Shown: one piece after another, positions 50,413 through 64,000 of the stretch
Layout: the number at the start of each line of letters is the position of its first letter
Numbering within the stretch: the stretch's first letter is position 1
Assembly: GCF_035084215.1 (NCBI RefSeq)
Contig: NW_027139581.1
Location: forward strand, 4,340,001 to 4,404,000
Source of the DNA: Heptranchias perlo
Lineage: Eukaryota
DNA: 64,000 nucleotides
Direction of reading: 5' to 3'
Program-made: the position numbers and the translations under genes
The notes under the pieces: generated by a model
Database searches by the model: none
Told to the model about the DNA's origin: nothing
The model's input: only the letters and a program-made list of their open reading frames with translations

Positions 50413-51317
50413 TGCAGGGGTTGGATTCTGCTGTTATTGCCGCTGTTAATCACATCCAGGACTGGACCATGTTCATTCTGACAGTTGGGGTCTGTTTCTG
50501 ATGTTAATAACCCCGAGAACTGGGCTGGAGTTTAATATTCTGTATAAGTGTCAAACAAACCAGCTTTCTTTTAAACACAGTGTGTCTGGTCCTTGATATC
50601 TCGATGATCAGACAAGCTGATTGAAGATTTATTATGAAATTAGAGGAATCCATCGTACAACTTTTGAAAAGATGGATCGACAAGATGTCCAAGTCTGAGA
50701 GGACAGAACATTCTATGATATCGCAGGGTCCACTTCAATCAGCCTGAGCAGATTTCCACTACCCTTGTGTGATAAAGAGCTTCCTGATTTCACTCCGAGA
50801 CGCCCGAGCTCTAATTTTAAGGTCATGCTCTATTGTTCTGGATTCCCCCACCACAGAAAATAGTTTCTATTTCTACCCTATCGAATCCCTTTATCATTTT
50901 AAATCCCTGGATCAGATCACCCTCAACCTTCTAAACTCAAGGGAATAAAAACCAAGTTTCTGCACCCTGTCCTCATAATTGAACTCTTCAAGCCCCGGTA
51001 TCATTCTGGTGAATCTGCACTGTTCCCACTCCAAGGCTAATATATCCTTGTTGAGGATCAGTACTCCAGAGGGGCTCTGACCGAGGCTCTGTGGAACTGA
51101 AGCATAACTTCCTCCCCTTTGTATTCCAGCCCTCGAGATAAAGGCCAACATTCCATTAGACTTTGTGATTGCTTTTTGTATCTGGGCAGTTTTTATTAAT
51201 TTCCTTTTTATTAATCACGTCTTTCATACAAACCTCAGATTCCCCAGTCTAAGTTCCCTCGGTGAACTCGAGGTTTTCACCTCCACCACTGCAACTGGAA
51301 GATCAACTTCAGGTAAC

Positions 51318-51458
51318 GACTGGGGAGATCACGTGATTGGACATTGGGGAGATCACATGCTGTCGTACTGGGGGGATCACATGGCGAGGCACTGGGGCGA
51401 TCACGTGACGAGGTACAGGGGCGATCACATGGCGAGGTCCTGTGGAGGTCACATGTCG
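51318..51458. repeat. 24-bp tandem repeat, each unit with an E-box (CACGTG/CACATG), 6 copies
   Basis: Unit ACTGGGGCGATCACGTGACGAGGT. Confidence 0.88.
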
Positions 51459-52374
51459 ATTTATTGTGGACATTGCAGGTTTCCTGATCTGGGTTCGCCC
51501 TCCATCAGCTGCCCCTGATCGTGTAAACAAGCCTGACTTCCTGATCCTGACTGCATTATCCACTCATTATACCCGTGATAGCCGAAATATACACCCCTGC
51601 ACCTGCACCACCACCCCCCGCCGTGTGTCTCCGTCTCACCTCAGACGCTCAGTCCAGAAGGTGCCGGTTGTGGACATTGCTTGACTGGTGTCCCATTGCC
51701 TCTATGGAGATCACAGACTGCTGCATGGAGTCAGGTGAAATGGAGCGTGGCGGACACGGGAAATGTAACATCAGCCCTGTAATCCCCATCCCCTGACCCT
51801 CAAAGTGTACCTGTCTGTGGACAGAGTTCTGTGTCAGGGAGTCAGACCGAGTGTCTGTGAGCAGCCGTTCTGTGGGGTTTTCACACGGTAGGAGGGCCGG
51901 TAACTGTCTTCCCCGGAGGGCAGGGGAAGGGGGAGAGTAAGGAGTCAACAAGAGGGGGTTCATCCTGTGACATGTGAATGTCACTGCACCATTTTAAAGT
52001 TGGGTCTTCCCGAAACGGACACCAAGTGATTCATTGTAAAGTTTGTGTATCTCCGAGCCCCAGACAGCTTCCTTCAGACATCATTCAAACCAAAGGTGAT
52101 GTGTGAAGGGGAAGCTCTGTTTGAAATGCTGATTCTCGGTCAAACACAGAGCAGGGACTGGTCTGCACGGCACGTCTGTGATGTCACAATACTCAGGCAC
52201 AGTGTCATGGAACCGTCACCGCTTTATGACATCACTGATAATGCAGTTCCTAGCAACCAACCTCGGAAACAACCTCACAGAACACTGCTTATTATGGGTT
52301 GTGTATAGATGGGGGCCTGATCCGGAAGTGAAAGAGGAGCTGGGTTCAATGTGTGTGGAGATCACTTTACACCT

Positions 52375-54380
52375 GCACATCACCACTTTATACCCTGTAC
52401 ATCACCACTTTATACCATGTATATCATCACTTTATACCCTGTACATCACCACTTTATACCGTGTACATCACCACTTTATACCCTGTACATCATCACTTTA
52501 TACCGTGTACATCACCACTTTATACCCTGTACATCACCACTTTATACCCTGTACATCATCACTTTCTACCCTGTACATCACCACTTTATACCCTGTACAT
52601 CACCACTTTATACCCTGTACATCACCACTTTATACCCTGTTTATCACAACTTTAAACCCTGTACATCACCACTTTATACCCTGTACATCATCACTTTATA
52701 CCCTGTTTATCACCACTTTATACCCTGTACATCACCATTTTATACCCTGTTTATCACCACTTTATACCCTGTACATCACCACTTTATACCCTGTACATCA
52801 CCACTTTAAACCCTGTACATCACCACTTTATACCCTGTACATCACCACTTTATACCCTGTACATCACCATTTTATACCCTGTGCATCACCACTTTATACC
52901 CTGTACATCACCACTTTATACCCTGTACATCACCACTTTATACCCTGTACATCACCACTTCTTACCAAGTACATCACCATTTTATACCCAGTACATCACC
53001 ACTTTAAACCCTGTACATCACCACTTTAAACCCTGTACATCACCACTTTATACCCTGTACATCACCATTTTATACCCAGCACATCACCACTTTATACCCA
53101 ATACATCACCACTTTATACCCTGTACATCACCACTTTATACCCTGTACATCATTACTTTATACCCAATACATCACCACTTTATAACAAGTACATCACCAC
53201 TTTATCCCCTGTACATCAACACTTTATACCCTGTACATCACCACTTTATACCCAGTACATCACCACTTTATACCCAATACATCACCACTTTATAACAAGT
53301 ACATCACCACTTTATACCCTGTACATCAACACTTTATACCCTGTACATCACCACTTTATACCCAATACATCACCACTTTATAACAAGTACATCACCACTT
53401 TATACCCTGTACATCAACACTTTATACCCTGTACATCACCACTTTATACCCTGTACATCACCACATTATACCCTCTACATCAACACTTTATACCCTGTAC
53501 ATCACCACTTTATACCCTGTACATCAACACTTTATACCCTGTACATCATTACTTTATACCCAATACATCACCACTTTATAACAAGTACATCACGACTTTA
53601 TACCCTGTACATCACCACTTTATACCCAGTACATCACAACTTTATACCCTGTACATCACCACTTTATACCCTGTACATCATCACTTTATACCCTGTACAT
53701 CACCACTTTATACCCTGTACATCACCAATTTATACCCTGCACATCACCACTTTATACCCTGTACATCAACACTTTATACACTGTACATCACCACTTTATA
53801 CCCTGTACATCACCACTTTATACCCTGTACATCATTACTTTATACCCAACACATCACCACTTTATAACAAGGACATCACCACTTTATACCCTGTACATCA
53901 CCAATTTATACCCTGTACATCAACACTTTATACCCTGTACATCACCACTTTATACCCTGTACATCAACACTTTATACACTGCACATCACCACTTTATACC
54001 CTGTACATCAACACTTTATACACTGTACATCACCACTTTATACCCTGTACATCACCACTTTATACCCTGTACATCAACACTTTATACACTGTACATCACC
54101 ACTTTATACCCTGTACATCACCACTTTATACCCTGTACATCATTAATATATACCCAATACATCACTTTATAACAATTACATCACCAATTTATACCCAATA
54201 CATCACCACTTTATAACAAGGACATCAGCACTTTATGCCCTGGACATCATCACTTTATACCCTGTACCTCACAACTTTATACCTTGTACATCACTACATT
54301 CTGCCTCGTACATCACCATTTTAAAACTTGTGCATCACCACTTTATACCCTGAACATCATCACATTTTACCCTGTATATC
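52375..54380. repeat. 22-bp minisatellite (ACATCACCACTTTATACCCTGT)n, about 90 copies
   Basis: Direct inspection. It gives the 22-aa periodic spurious ORFs. Confidence 0.97.
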
Positions 54381-55293
54381 AATTCTGGTGGGAGAGTCCA
54401 GAGCAAGAGGGCGTAACCTTAAAATTGCAGCTAGGCTGTTCAGACTTGATGTCTGAAAGCATTTCTTCACACAAAGAGTAGTGGAAATCTGGAACCCTCT
54501 TCCCCAAAAAGCTGTTGAGACTGGGGTCAATTGAAAATTCAAAACTGATATCGATAGATCTTTGCTATGCGAGGGTATTAGGGGTTCCAAAACCAAGGGG
54601 GAAATTGAGTTCAGATTCAGATCAGCCATGATCGAATTGAAGGAGGAACAAGCCCGAGGGACTCAATGGCCTCCTCCGGTAACTATATCTCTAAGGAGAA
54701 GTGAAATGATTACTAAAAGATGACTCTCTGGTCCTCACACCATGGGCTGCATGTGTTCAGGGTGAGCTGGGCACAGTTCATGGTTGATCCTCCCCAACCG
54801 CAGTCTTCAAAGGGACATTTTATTTGGTGAATTGCGTAAAAGTCCATGGGACAGATAGACCGGGGGCCTTTAAAAGGCTGAAACCATTGACAATTGAACA
54901 CCTTCCTCCCCGGCTGCAGGTTGGTCCGAGGTCTTTTCCCCCAGTTTTCCCTGGGGTTGCTGGGAACTCAGAGGCCTGTCCCCTGGGGCCTCTAAAATGA
55001 CACAGCGACCTTCCCCGCCCCGCCCGCCTTGTGTAAACACATGAAACAAGAGTCTGGCGGACGGAAGCTTCATCCACCCGCCCCAGGCCGCACCAGAGGA
55101 CTGAACGGGACGAAAACCAGCAGGAATCAAGCGGGACTGATCTCCAGGGACTTCCCCACCTCGACCGTTCCTATTAGTCACTAAATCAGGGCGGTGAAAG
55201 ATGAAAACCGGCCTCACTGTGTTTGTATCACAGAGATGAGGGGATTGGGCAGAAGACCAGACCAACACCTTGTGATGATGGAAAATCTTCTCA

Positions 55294-56192
55294 TTATTTA
55301 ATGAATTTAACAATTCCAGTAAAGGGATATTTCACCACATTCTTCAACTCCTCTCTGAATTTAGTCTGGGTCACGGCATAAATACACGTGTTGGTGCAGC
55401 AACTCAGGAGCTGGAGCATAAATCCCAGTTCTTGTACAAATTCAGGTAGAGTCACAGGAATGAAGTCTAATGTATACAATCGTTTCCATACAGAAAACAA
55501 CAGAAACACCGCCCATAACAGGATAAAATTCCCCGATATAACAAACAGTAAAATTATGGATTTCCTTCTCTTCTCCATCTCTGGGTCACTGGGACTCTCC
55601 CCACTGCTGTGAGCCCGGAGTCTCCTGCGGACTCTGCTCGACACTAAAACTTGTCTGATGGTTAAAGCATTGAGCAGCAGAATCAGAACAAATGGAACAA
55701 ATGGGGTTACAATATAATGAAGGAATTCAATTATTGCCCACACCTGTGAAAAAAGAACATCCGATGGTACATCACAAAACCAGGGATTATTACTAATCCA
55801 ATATTGATCTCCATACATAAAGTACCAGAAAGTGTTCTTCACACAGAACAGCACACTCACTGTTCCCAGAACCACAGCCGCCGTTTTCTCGGTGCAATAT
55901 TTTGTTTTCAGCTTCTGGCAACAAATGGCCACAAATCGATCAAAGGTGAAATTGACTGTGAACCAGACAGAACAGTCTGTGGCTGCGTAAAGCAGGACGG
56001 CGTGGATATTACACACTTTAAAGTCCCAAATGAACTGAAACTGAGTCCAATAAAGAATAGGAATTTGCCTGAATATCAGATCAGTGATAACGACCAGTAG
56101 ATCCGCCGCTGCCATGGACACCAGGTAACGAGTGACACATTTGGAGAGACCGCACCTTCCTCGAGACAGGATCACAATCGTCACTAAGTTCA
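55294..56192 (-). CDS. GPR139/GPR142-like class A GPCR, exon 2
   Basis: Open frame with most of the 7TM: VNLVTIVILSRGRCGLSKC, LVSMAAADLLV, TFDRFVAIC (DRY-equivalent), LLSCCTNTCIY. Acceptor ttccttaaag at 56194-56193. Confidence 0.9.
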
Positions 56193-56374
56193 CTTTAAGG
56201 AAGAGAAAACAGGGAATTATACTTCAGACTGAGAGTAAAAGCAGCAGCCTGGTCGAATTCAGGGTGAAATGTTCAGTTATTATTGAATCCTGGGAAATAA
56301 TCTAATTCCCTTACCTATGAGAGAACTTTCTGCTGTGGAGAGGGTTTATTGTAAAGCACCGCCCTGCTGTAGCA

Positions 56375-57245
56375 GGAAACAAATCGCACTATATGAATTA
56401 AGAGCAGGAATAGACCATTCGGCCCCTCGAGACCAAAGGAGACCAAAACTGCACATAATATTCCAGATGTGGTCTCACCAATACTCTGTACAACTGTAGC
56501 AAAACATCCGAAATTTAATATATTCCACTCCCCTTGAAATAAATGACAACATTCCATTTGCCTTCCTAATCACTTGTTGTACTTGCAAACGAACTTTCTG
56601 TGATTCATGTGCTCGGACACCCAGATCCCCCTGTACCACAGAGTTCTGCAATCTTTCTCCCTTTAAATAATATACTGCTTTTCCATTCCTCCTCCCAAAG
56701 TGGACAAGTTCACATTGTCCCACATTATGCTCCATCTGCCAATTTTTTGTCAACTCACTTAACCAATCTATATCCCTTTGCAGACTCTTTATATTCTCTT
56801 CACAACTTACTTTCCTACCTACCTTTGTGTCATCAGCAAATTTAGCAATCATACATTAGGTCCCTTCATCCAAGTTATTGATATAGATTGTAAATAGTTG
56901 AGGTCCAAGCACTGATCCCTGTGGCACTCCACTCGTTACATCTTGCCAAACAGAAAATGACCCAATTATGCCTCCTCTCTGTTTCCTGATAGATAACCAT
57001 TCCTTTATCTATGCTAATATGTTACCACCGACACCACGAGCTCTTATTTTGTGTAGTAGCCTTTGATGTGGCACCTTGTCAAAAGCCTTGTGGAAATCCA
57101 TGTACACCACATCCACAGGGTCCCCTTTATCCACGTTGCTTGTTACTTCCTCAAGAACTCCAATAAATTAGTCAAACACGATTTCCCTTCCACCAAGCCG
57201 AGTTGACTCTGCCTGATTGCATTTAGGTTTCCTAAGTGCCCTGAT
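56375..57245 (-). mobile_element. CR1 fragment in the GPCR intron
   Basis: [11 protein letters not shown]. Confidence 0.88.
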
Positions 57246-57769
57246 GTAACCACCAGTAGCCCCCAATTCCAAACCAGGACCTGTACTGGGTCGGCATTTG
57301 GAAGCTACAATGTCCTCAATGAGCTTGGGTTTGGAGGGAAATAACCCAGGGTTCCGAGTCCTGATCACTGTCCTGTGACCCTGCTGTAAACTGCGCATGT
57401 CTGGACTTTAGATCAACATTTTGGACTGGCCAGTGATTCCCTCCGAGGGGAAATTGTTCCTTTTTTAAAATGGTCAACTGAAAACTGGAATGTCTTATCA
57501 CGCCTTTCACGGGGTTAGTTTTGAAGAGTGATTCAGTGAATAATTCATTTCACTGCAATTTTCAACATACAGCTATTTAAACAAACATCCCAAGGCACTT
57601 CACAGAGGTGTGAGGAAAATGGACGTCAAGCCAAAGAATGAGAGATTGGGAACAGTGAGTGAAAGCTTGCGTGTGAAGGAGGGTGTTAAAGTGGGAGAGG
57701 GAGGTGGAGAGGAAGAAAGATTTAAGGAGAAAATTTCAGAGTGTGAGACGTCCGCGGCACAATTCACGG

Positions 57770-58085
57770 CCACCACTGGTGCAGGAAAGGGAGAGGAAGA
57801 TGGACAAGAGACTGGAGACATGGCCGTCACTGGTGGAGTGAAGGGAGAGGAAGATGGACAAGAGACTGGAACCATGGCCGTCACTGTTCGAGTGAAGGGA
57901 GAGGAAGATGGACAAGAGACTGGAGATACGGCCGTCACTGGTGGAGTGAAGGGAGAGGAGGGTGGACAAGAGACTGGAGACATGGCCGTCACTGGTGGGG
58001 TGAAAGGAGAGGAGGGTGGACAAGAGACTGGAGACACGGCCGTCACTGATGGAGAGGAGGGTGGACCAGAGACTGGAGTCACAGG
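57770..58085. repeat. 54-bp tandem repeat (about 5.5 copies) inside an L2-like remnant
   Basis: 18-aa periodic ORF TGGVKGEEDGQETGDMAV. Confidence 0.9.
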
Positions 58086-59329
58086 AATGGAGAGTTTGGT
58101 TTATGGGTGGGCCGGAGTTCGTGCGGGATGGGATGCAGGCAGCATAATTTTCGATGAACTAAAGCTCACAGAAGATGGAGGATGGGAGACCAGCCGGGGG
58201 AATATTTTTATAATCGAGTCTAGAGGTGATAAATATTTGAATGAGGGTTTCATGTGTTGATGTTGTGGAGGTGGCAGGTGATGTCACAGCGGTGGAGGTC
58301 GGCGGTCTTTGTGATGAGGAATAAAGGCGGTGGGAAACTAGCGGTTATTGCAGGCTGGGGTCCGTTTTACAAATCCAATCACGGCAAATTGTGACATTTA
58401 ATCGAACAAATCTGGTAAATTTATCAGAAAAATAGCCATGAAGAACTGCTAGACGGTCTGTAAAACCCCGCTGCCTCCCACTCTACCAGCCAGAGCTACA
58501 CGTAACTCCATTCCCAATCCAGTTGTTGTATTTGAATGCCCTCTGGCGTTATCCATCAAGGCAGCCGATTGTAAACAATCGCTACAAATTTCAGTGACAA
58601 CAATCAATTCAGATGGATCTGCCATCAGCGACCTCGGGATCGTAAGAATAAATCAATCTCAGCCCGTTCGGCCCTTCAAAGTTCTCTTCAATAACATCTG
58701 GGGGATAGTTCCCCAGTTCGATGTTTGTCCCAAAGACGAATTAAGCACCAGCCTGACATAATCGTGCTCACAGAGTCATGTCTATTAGTTAACATTGCAG
58801 ATTCCTCCATCTCCACCCTGTCCCACCAGAACTGTGAAGATGTACTTACCAGGAAAGGCTGAACAGGCTGGGACTCTTTTCTTTAGAAAAGGGAAGGCTG
58901 AGGAGTGACAGGATACAGATCTTTAAAATTATGAAGGTCTTGATAGGCTAGATGTAGAGAGGGCATTTCCAATTGAGGGACGTGGGGGGGGGGGGAGGGA
59001 GGTGGGGGGGGAAGAAAACTAGGGGTCATCAATATAAGATCGTCACCAATCAATCCAATAAGCAATTCAGGAGAAACTTCTTTACCCAGAGAGTGATTAG
59101 AATGTTGAACTCGCTACCACAAGGAACAGGTGAGGCGAATAGAATAGATGAATTTAAGGGGATGCTCGCTGAGTACATGAGGGAGAAAGGAATTGAAGGA
59201 TACGCTGATAGGGTGAGATGAAGTAGAATGGGAGGAGGCTCGTGTGGTGCAGAAACACCAGCATAGACCAGTTGGGCCGAATGTCCTGTAAATTCGATGT
59301 AATTCTATGCAACACGATTATAATTTTTT

Positions 59330-61640
59330 TATATCGAGGCGTTGCTCGACCGGGGGGCCAATTTCGGTCAGCAAGCACAGGGGTGAAGGGTGAACGGGAC
59401 TTGGTGCGACTCAGGGTACAGGCAGCAGAGTTTTGAATGAGCTCCAGTTTATGGAGGGTGGTGGGTGGGAGGCCGGCCAGGAGAGCATTGGAATAGTCGA
59501 ATCTGCAGGTAAAAAAAACATGGATCAGGATTTCAACAGAAGATGGGCTGAGGCAGGGTCAGAGACGGGCGATGCTCGGGAGGTGGAAGCAGGCGATCTT
59601 GGTGATGGAGAGGATATGGGGTCAAAAGCTCATCTCAGGCAAATTGAACGCCTACTAGTCCGGTTCAGCCTCAGACTGTGACCAGGGAGTGGGATGGAAT
59701 CAGTCGCGAGGGAACGGAATTTGTGATAGGGGCCGAAGACAATGGCTTCAATCTCTCGAGGCAGTACAAAGAAGGTTCACTCAGTTAATCCTGGGGATGA
59801 GCGGGTGGACATATGAGGAGAGGTTGAGTAGATTGGGACTCTACTCATTGGAGTTCAGAAGAATGAGAGGCGATCTTATTGAAACATATAAGATTGTGAA
59901 GGGGCTTGATCGGGTGGATGCGGTAAGGATGTTCCCAAGGATGGGTGAAACTAGAACTAGGGGGCATAATCTTAGAATAAGGGGCTGCTCTTTCAAAAAT
60001 GAGATGAGGAGAAACTTCTTCACTCAGAGGGTAGTAGGTCTGTGGAATTTGCTGCCCCAGGAAGCTGTGGAAGCGACATCATTAAATCAATTTCAAACAG
60101 AAATGAACAGTTTCCTCGAAGTAAAGGGAATTAGGGGTTACGGGGAGCGGGCAGGAAATTGGACATGAATTTAGATTTGAGTTTAGGATCAGATCAGCCA
60201 TGATCTTATTGAATGGCGGAGCAGGCTCGAGGAGCCGATTGGCCTACTCCTGCTCCTATTTCTTATGTTCTTATGTTCTAATGTTCAAATGGACGACATT
60301 TCTGCTCATCCAGGACTGGATTTCGGACAAGCAGTGTGACAAATCAGAGAGAGTGAAGGGGTCGAGAGAGGCGGTGGTGAGGTGCAGCTGGCCGTCAGTT
60401 GCACGTGGAATCTGACGTTGTGTTTTCGATGATGTCGCTGAAGGAAACTTGCACATGTGAAATAGGAGGAGGTCAAGGATTGTTCCCTGAGGGACACCAG
60501 AGATAACGGTGCGGGGGCGGGAAGATAAGTCATTGCAGAAGATTCTCTGGCTAAGCCTGGATTGATAGGAATGGAACCAGGCGAGGGCAGTCCCACCCAG
60601 TTTCACAACGGACGAGAGGCGTGGGAGGAGGATGGTGTGGTCACCCATATCAAAGGCGACAGATCGGTTGATAAGGATGAGAAGGGATAGTCTACCACAT
60701 GGTCAGTCACATGGGATGTCATTTGTGACTTTGATTAGAGCCGTTTCAGCGCTGTAGCAGGTGCGGAAACCTGCTTGGAGAGGTTCCTAATGCAGTTGCA
60801 GCAAAGATGGGCACCTATTTGGGAGGCGACAACACGTTCAGCGTGGGAGCCAGGAAGGGAAGTTAGGTGGTCAGCAGTTCAGTGAGAAAGGGGTCGAGGG
60901 AGCAGGAGGTGGGGTTCCTGGTCAAGATGAGCTCGGAGTGGGTATGAGGGGAGAATGAAGAGACACTGGAGAAAGATGCATGTTCAAGGCTAGGGCCGGG
61001 GGAGGGGACCTTGGGGAACTTTGGCTCGATGGACTAGGGCAAGGGAGAGAAGCGGTAAATGCAGCTGAACGAATGGTCTCAATCGTAGTGACAAAGAAAT
61101 CCTTGAGCTCATCGCACTTTTTGGAAGTAAGGGCGGAGGGAGCAGGGGAGAGGGGTTTAAGATTGTTTGTTGTGGAGAAGAGAAGCCGCGGTCATCTTTG
61201 CATTCCAGGGTAATCCTGGAATAGTGAGGAGTTTTCACAGAGGAGAGCAGGTTCTGATAGTGCTTGATGAGGTCCAGCGAGATCTGGCGATGAATGGCCA
61301 ATCCAGATGTGCGCCATAACTGTTCAAATCTGCGTCCCTTGGACCTAAGGGAGCAGCGATGGGAATCGTGTCAAGGGGAATGAACAGGGTGAGTGAGAGT
61401 AAGGGGTTTACTGGGGAGAAGGGATCAAAAGTGGAGGTGAGGGTGAGATTGAGCAGATCAGTATCTGCAGAAGTATCATGACCAATGGAGGGTCCAAGGA
61501 TAGACAGTTGGGAATTTCAAAGTGATTTGAAGACATAGGATTGAATCAAAAACAAAGGGAATAAATCAATTCAAACATAACTGAATAAACAACAACAATT
61601 TGCATTTATCTCGCGCCTTTAACATATTAAAACGTCCCAA
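59330..61640 (-). mobile_element. L2 remnant interrupted by a CR1 3' fragment (59755-60280, plus)
   Basis: L2 peptide DHTILL...ALAWFHSY...SGVPQG, and CR1 peptide with a (TTCTTATG)n tail. Confidence 0.82.
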
Positions 61641-62327
61641 TGCGCTTCAACAGTAGATGTTGGATCGTCCATGTGGACCTCACTGAGATCTCCTGTAATG
61701 TGGCCCACAGGAAATGGACTAAATCAAAACAATGGAAATAAATCAACTCAAACATAACTGAATAAACAGTTTACTGGAACATATATTGTCGTTTAAAGCC
61801 TGTCCTGACCATTTAGCACCAATGACAAGAAGGCAGAGCGGGAGACGGTTGAAAGCAAGACAGCTCCTGGAGCGAATCATTATTGGATATTGTCCAATAT
61901 TTCAGAGTGTATTTGTGATCTGACTGTCCGCGCTAGTTTCCACAGATCAGTGTCATTAACTATAACCAGCACACGTTGAAACTCTTGTGAGCGCATATTT
62001 TTGATCCGATACTAGGGTACTGTGCAGACAACAGACGGCAAACTGTTCAATAAAGAGAATCGTCCACCAACATTCCTTGTGTAGGAGACTAAAATAACAG
62101 TCAAATCCTAAAAAATTACTATCAGTTGAAGAAAGTCATGAAAATGACATCGTGTTCATTGAACCAAATCCGGTGAATGGGCAACTGTTCACATGTGACA
62201 TGAAGGGAACAAGTTGCATTACCAGACACTGAACAAGAGGATTACACCGAATACAATTAATAAGGAAAAGTACAGTAAATACAGTTAAAAATGGTTCACA
62301 GAATTAATTGCTGAAATAATGACTTAC

Positions 62328-62424
62328 CAGGAACACCAACAGTAGCGAGGAGCGGGTAATAAATCCTTTCTACATCATAAAGTGCCCACAGAATCCGAAG
62401 CTCAGTTGGAATATACCAGAACAT
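62328..62424 (-). CDS. GPR139/GPR142-like GPCR, exon 1 (MFWYIPTELRILWALYDVERIYYPLLATVGVP)
   Basis: 97-nt exon with donor G|GTAAGT. It splices in phase to exon 2 and completes TM1 (IYYPLLATVGVPVNLVTIVIL). Intron about 6.1 kb, protein about 331 aa. Not in the ORF track. Confidence 0.87.
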
Positions 62425-62515
62425 AATTTCATTATCTGTGAGATCCAATGATCACTGTTTGACCTGGAGGCAATGCTGCATCAAACACTCTGATGAGACA
62501 CATTGAAAACAGTCT

Positions 62516-62525
62516 CTATTTATAA
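62516..62525 (-). promoter_or_regulatory. TATA box (TTATAAATAG) upstream of the GPCR gene
   Basis: About 35 bp above the upstream ATG at 62481. Confidence 0.55.
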
Positions 62526-62894
62526 CCTGAGGGAACTCCCAGGGAGACAATTAAACGACACATTGACATTAATAACAGTCGATGAAGAAACAGGTTAGGT
62601 TAATCCCTTAACTCCATCACTCTCTTGACAATTAAAGGTAAACAAGTATTTTACTGACACAAAGTGAAGCTACCAAAAATTCGGAATATTACTTCAAAAA
62701 AAGTAGTGCAGAAAGAAAATATGAATCCCGCAGTCTTACAGTACTGATGTGAAGAGAGAACAGCTTCACCGACAGAGTTCAGATTATTTCTGTGATGCGA
62801 ATTAAACCTGCAATATTATAATCTTCCCAATCAGTTTTCAGGGGTGGATTTAACAAAGGTGCAAAAGACAACGAGGATGGAAAGAATCAGGTCA

Positions 62895-64000
62895 AGTAAT
62901 GGTCACGATGGATACATGGAGGCTGATAATACAATGGTCACTATGGATACATGGGGGCTGATAATACAATGGTCACTATGGATACATGGGGGCAGACAAT
63001 GCAATGAGCAGTACGGATACGTGGCGGCATGATAATACAATGGTCAGTAACGATACATGGGGGTCGATAATACAGCGGTTAGTAAGGATACATGGTGGTT
63101 GAAAATACAATGGTCAGTAAGAGTACATGGGAGCAGATAATACAATGAGCAGTTAGGATATATTGTGGCTGATAGTACAATGATGAGTAAGGTTACATGG
63201 GGTGGGGGGGGAGCTGATAATACAACGGCCATTAAGGAAACATTGGGCTGATAATACAATGGCCAAAAATGTAAAATGAGGCTGAAATTAGAAAGGTTTG
63301 TAAGGATACACGGGGCTGATAGTACAATGGTCACAAGGGTAAATGGGGCTGATATTACAATTGTTAGTGAAGATACAAGGTGCAGATAATACAATGGTTA
63401 CTAGGGATACATGGGCCTCGTGAACAATGGTCATTAATTATCGATGGGGCTGATAATTCAAAGGTCAATAAGGATATATGAGAGCTGATAATTCAATGGT
63501 CAGGAAGGATACATGGAGCTGATAATGCAATGGTCATTAAGGATACACGTGGCTGATAATGCAGTGGTCATGAAGGGTATATGGGGCTGATAGTACAATG
63601 GTCAACATGGATACATGAGCGCTGATAATACAATGGTCAGGAAGGAAATATTGGGGCTGATAAACAATGCTCATTAATGATACATGGGCTTGATATTTCA
63701 ATAGACAGTAAGGATGAATGGGGTCTGATAATTCAATGGTCAGCAAGGATACATGGGGGCTGATAATACAATGGGTGTAAGGAAACATTGGGGCTGATAA
63801 TACAATGGTCAGTAAGGATAAATGGGGGCTGATAATCCAATGGTCAGTAAGGATACATAAGGCATGATAATATTATGTTCAGTAAAATTATATTGGTGCT
63901 GATAATAAAATGGTTAGTCAGGATATAAGTGGGGTGATAATTCAATGGTCAGGAAGGATACAGGGGGGTTAAAAATACAATGGTCATTACGGATACATTT
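62895..64000. repeat. About 35-bp minisatellite (GGATACATGGGGGCTGATAATACAATGGTCAGTAA)n
   Basis: Direct inspection. It runs off the end of the window. Confidence 0.93.

Noticed and set aside
52178-53867. Long His/Tyr/Pro-rich ORFs (283 and 328 aa)
   Set aside because: They are translations of the 22-bp minisatellite, which is open in all three frames. There is no gene structure.
52375-54380. CRISPR-like regular array
   Set aside because: Head-to-tail units with no unique spacers, no cas genes, and a vertebrate context.
57600-58260. 216-aa Gly/Glu-rich ORF and its antisense partner
   Set aside because: A 54-bp repeat inside an L2 remnant in the GPCR intron.

Overview
Repeat-rich genomic DNA from a cartilaginous fish (shark-type), judged from the gene and repeat content. 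The main feature is one unrearranged immunoglobulin heavy-chain minilocus on the minus strand: leader, V(23-RSS), (12)D1(22), (12)D2(12), (23)J, a 7.1 kb intron, then Cmu1, Cmu2 and Cmu3. Cmu4, the secretory tail and the TM exons are not in the window. The constant exons look clearly IgM-type, but the leader and V look more like IgW-type V regions, so this may be a hybrid cluster. D1 carries a nested 12/23 signal that shares one nonamer. Two non-repeat islands are dense in lymphoid transcription-factor motifs and are candidate enhancers: one in the J-C intron and one about 14 kb upstream of V with an exact AP-1/IRF composite element. Further right are a C2H2 zinc-finger pseudogene with an internal inversion and a two-exon GPR139/142-like GPCR gene (minus strand). 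The rest is nested CR1 and L2 LINE debris, Deu-type SINEs, a hairpin element, many minisatellites and three N gaps. Family assignments come from recalled sequence knowledge, not database searches, and repeat boundaries are approximate.
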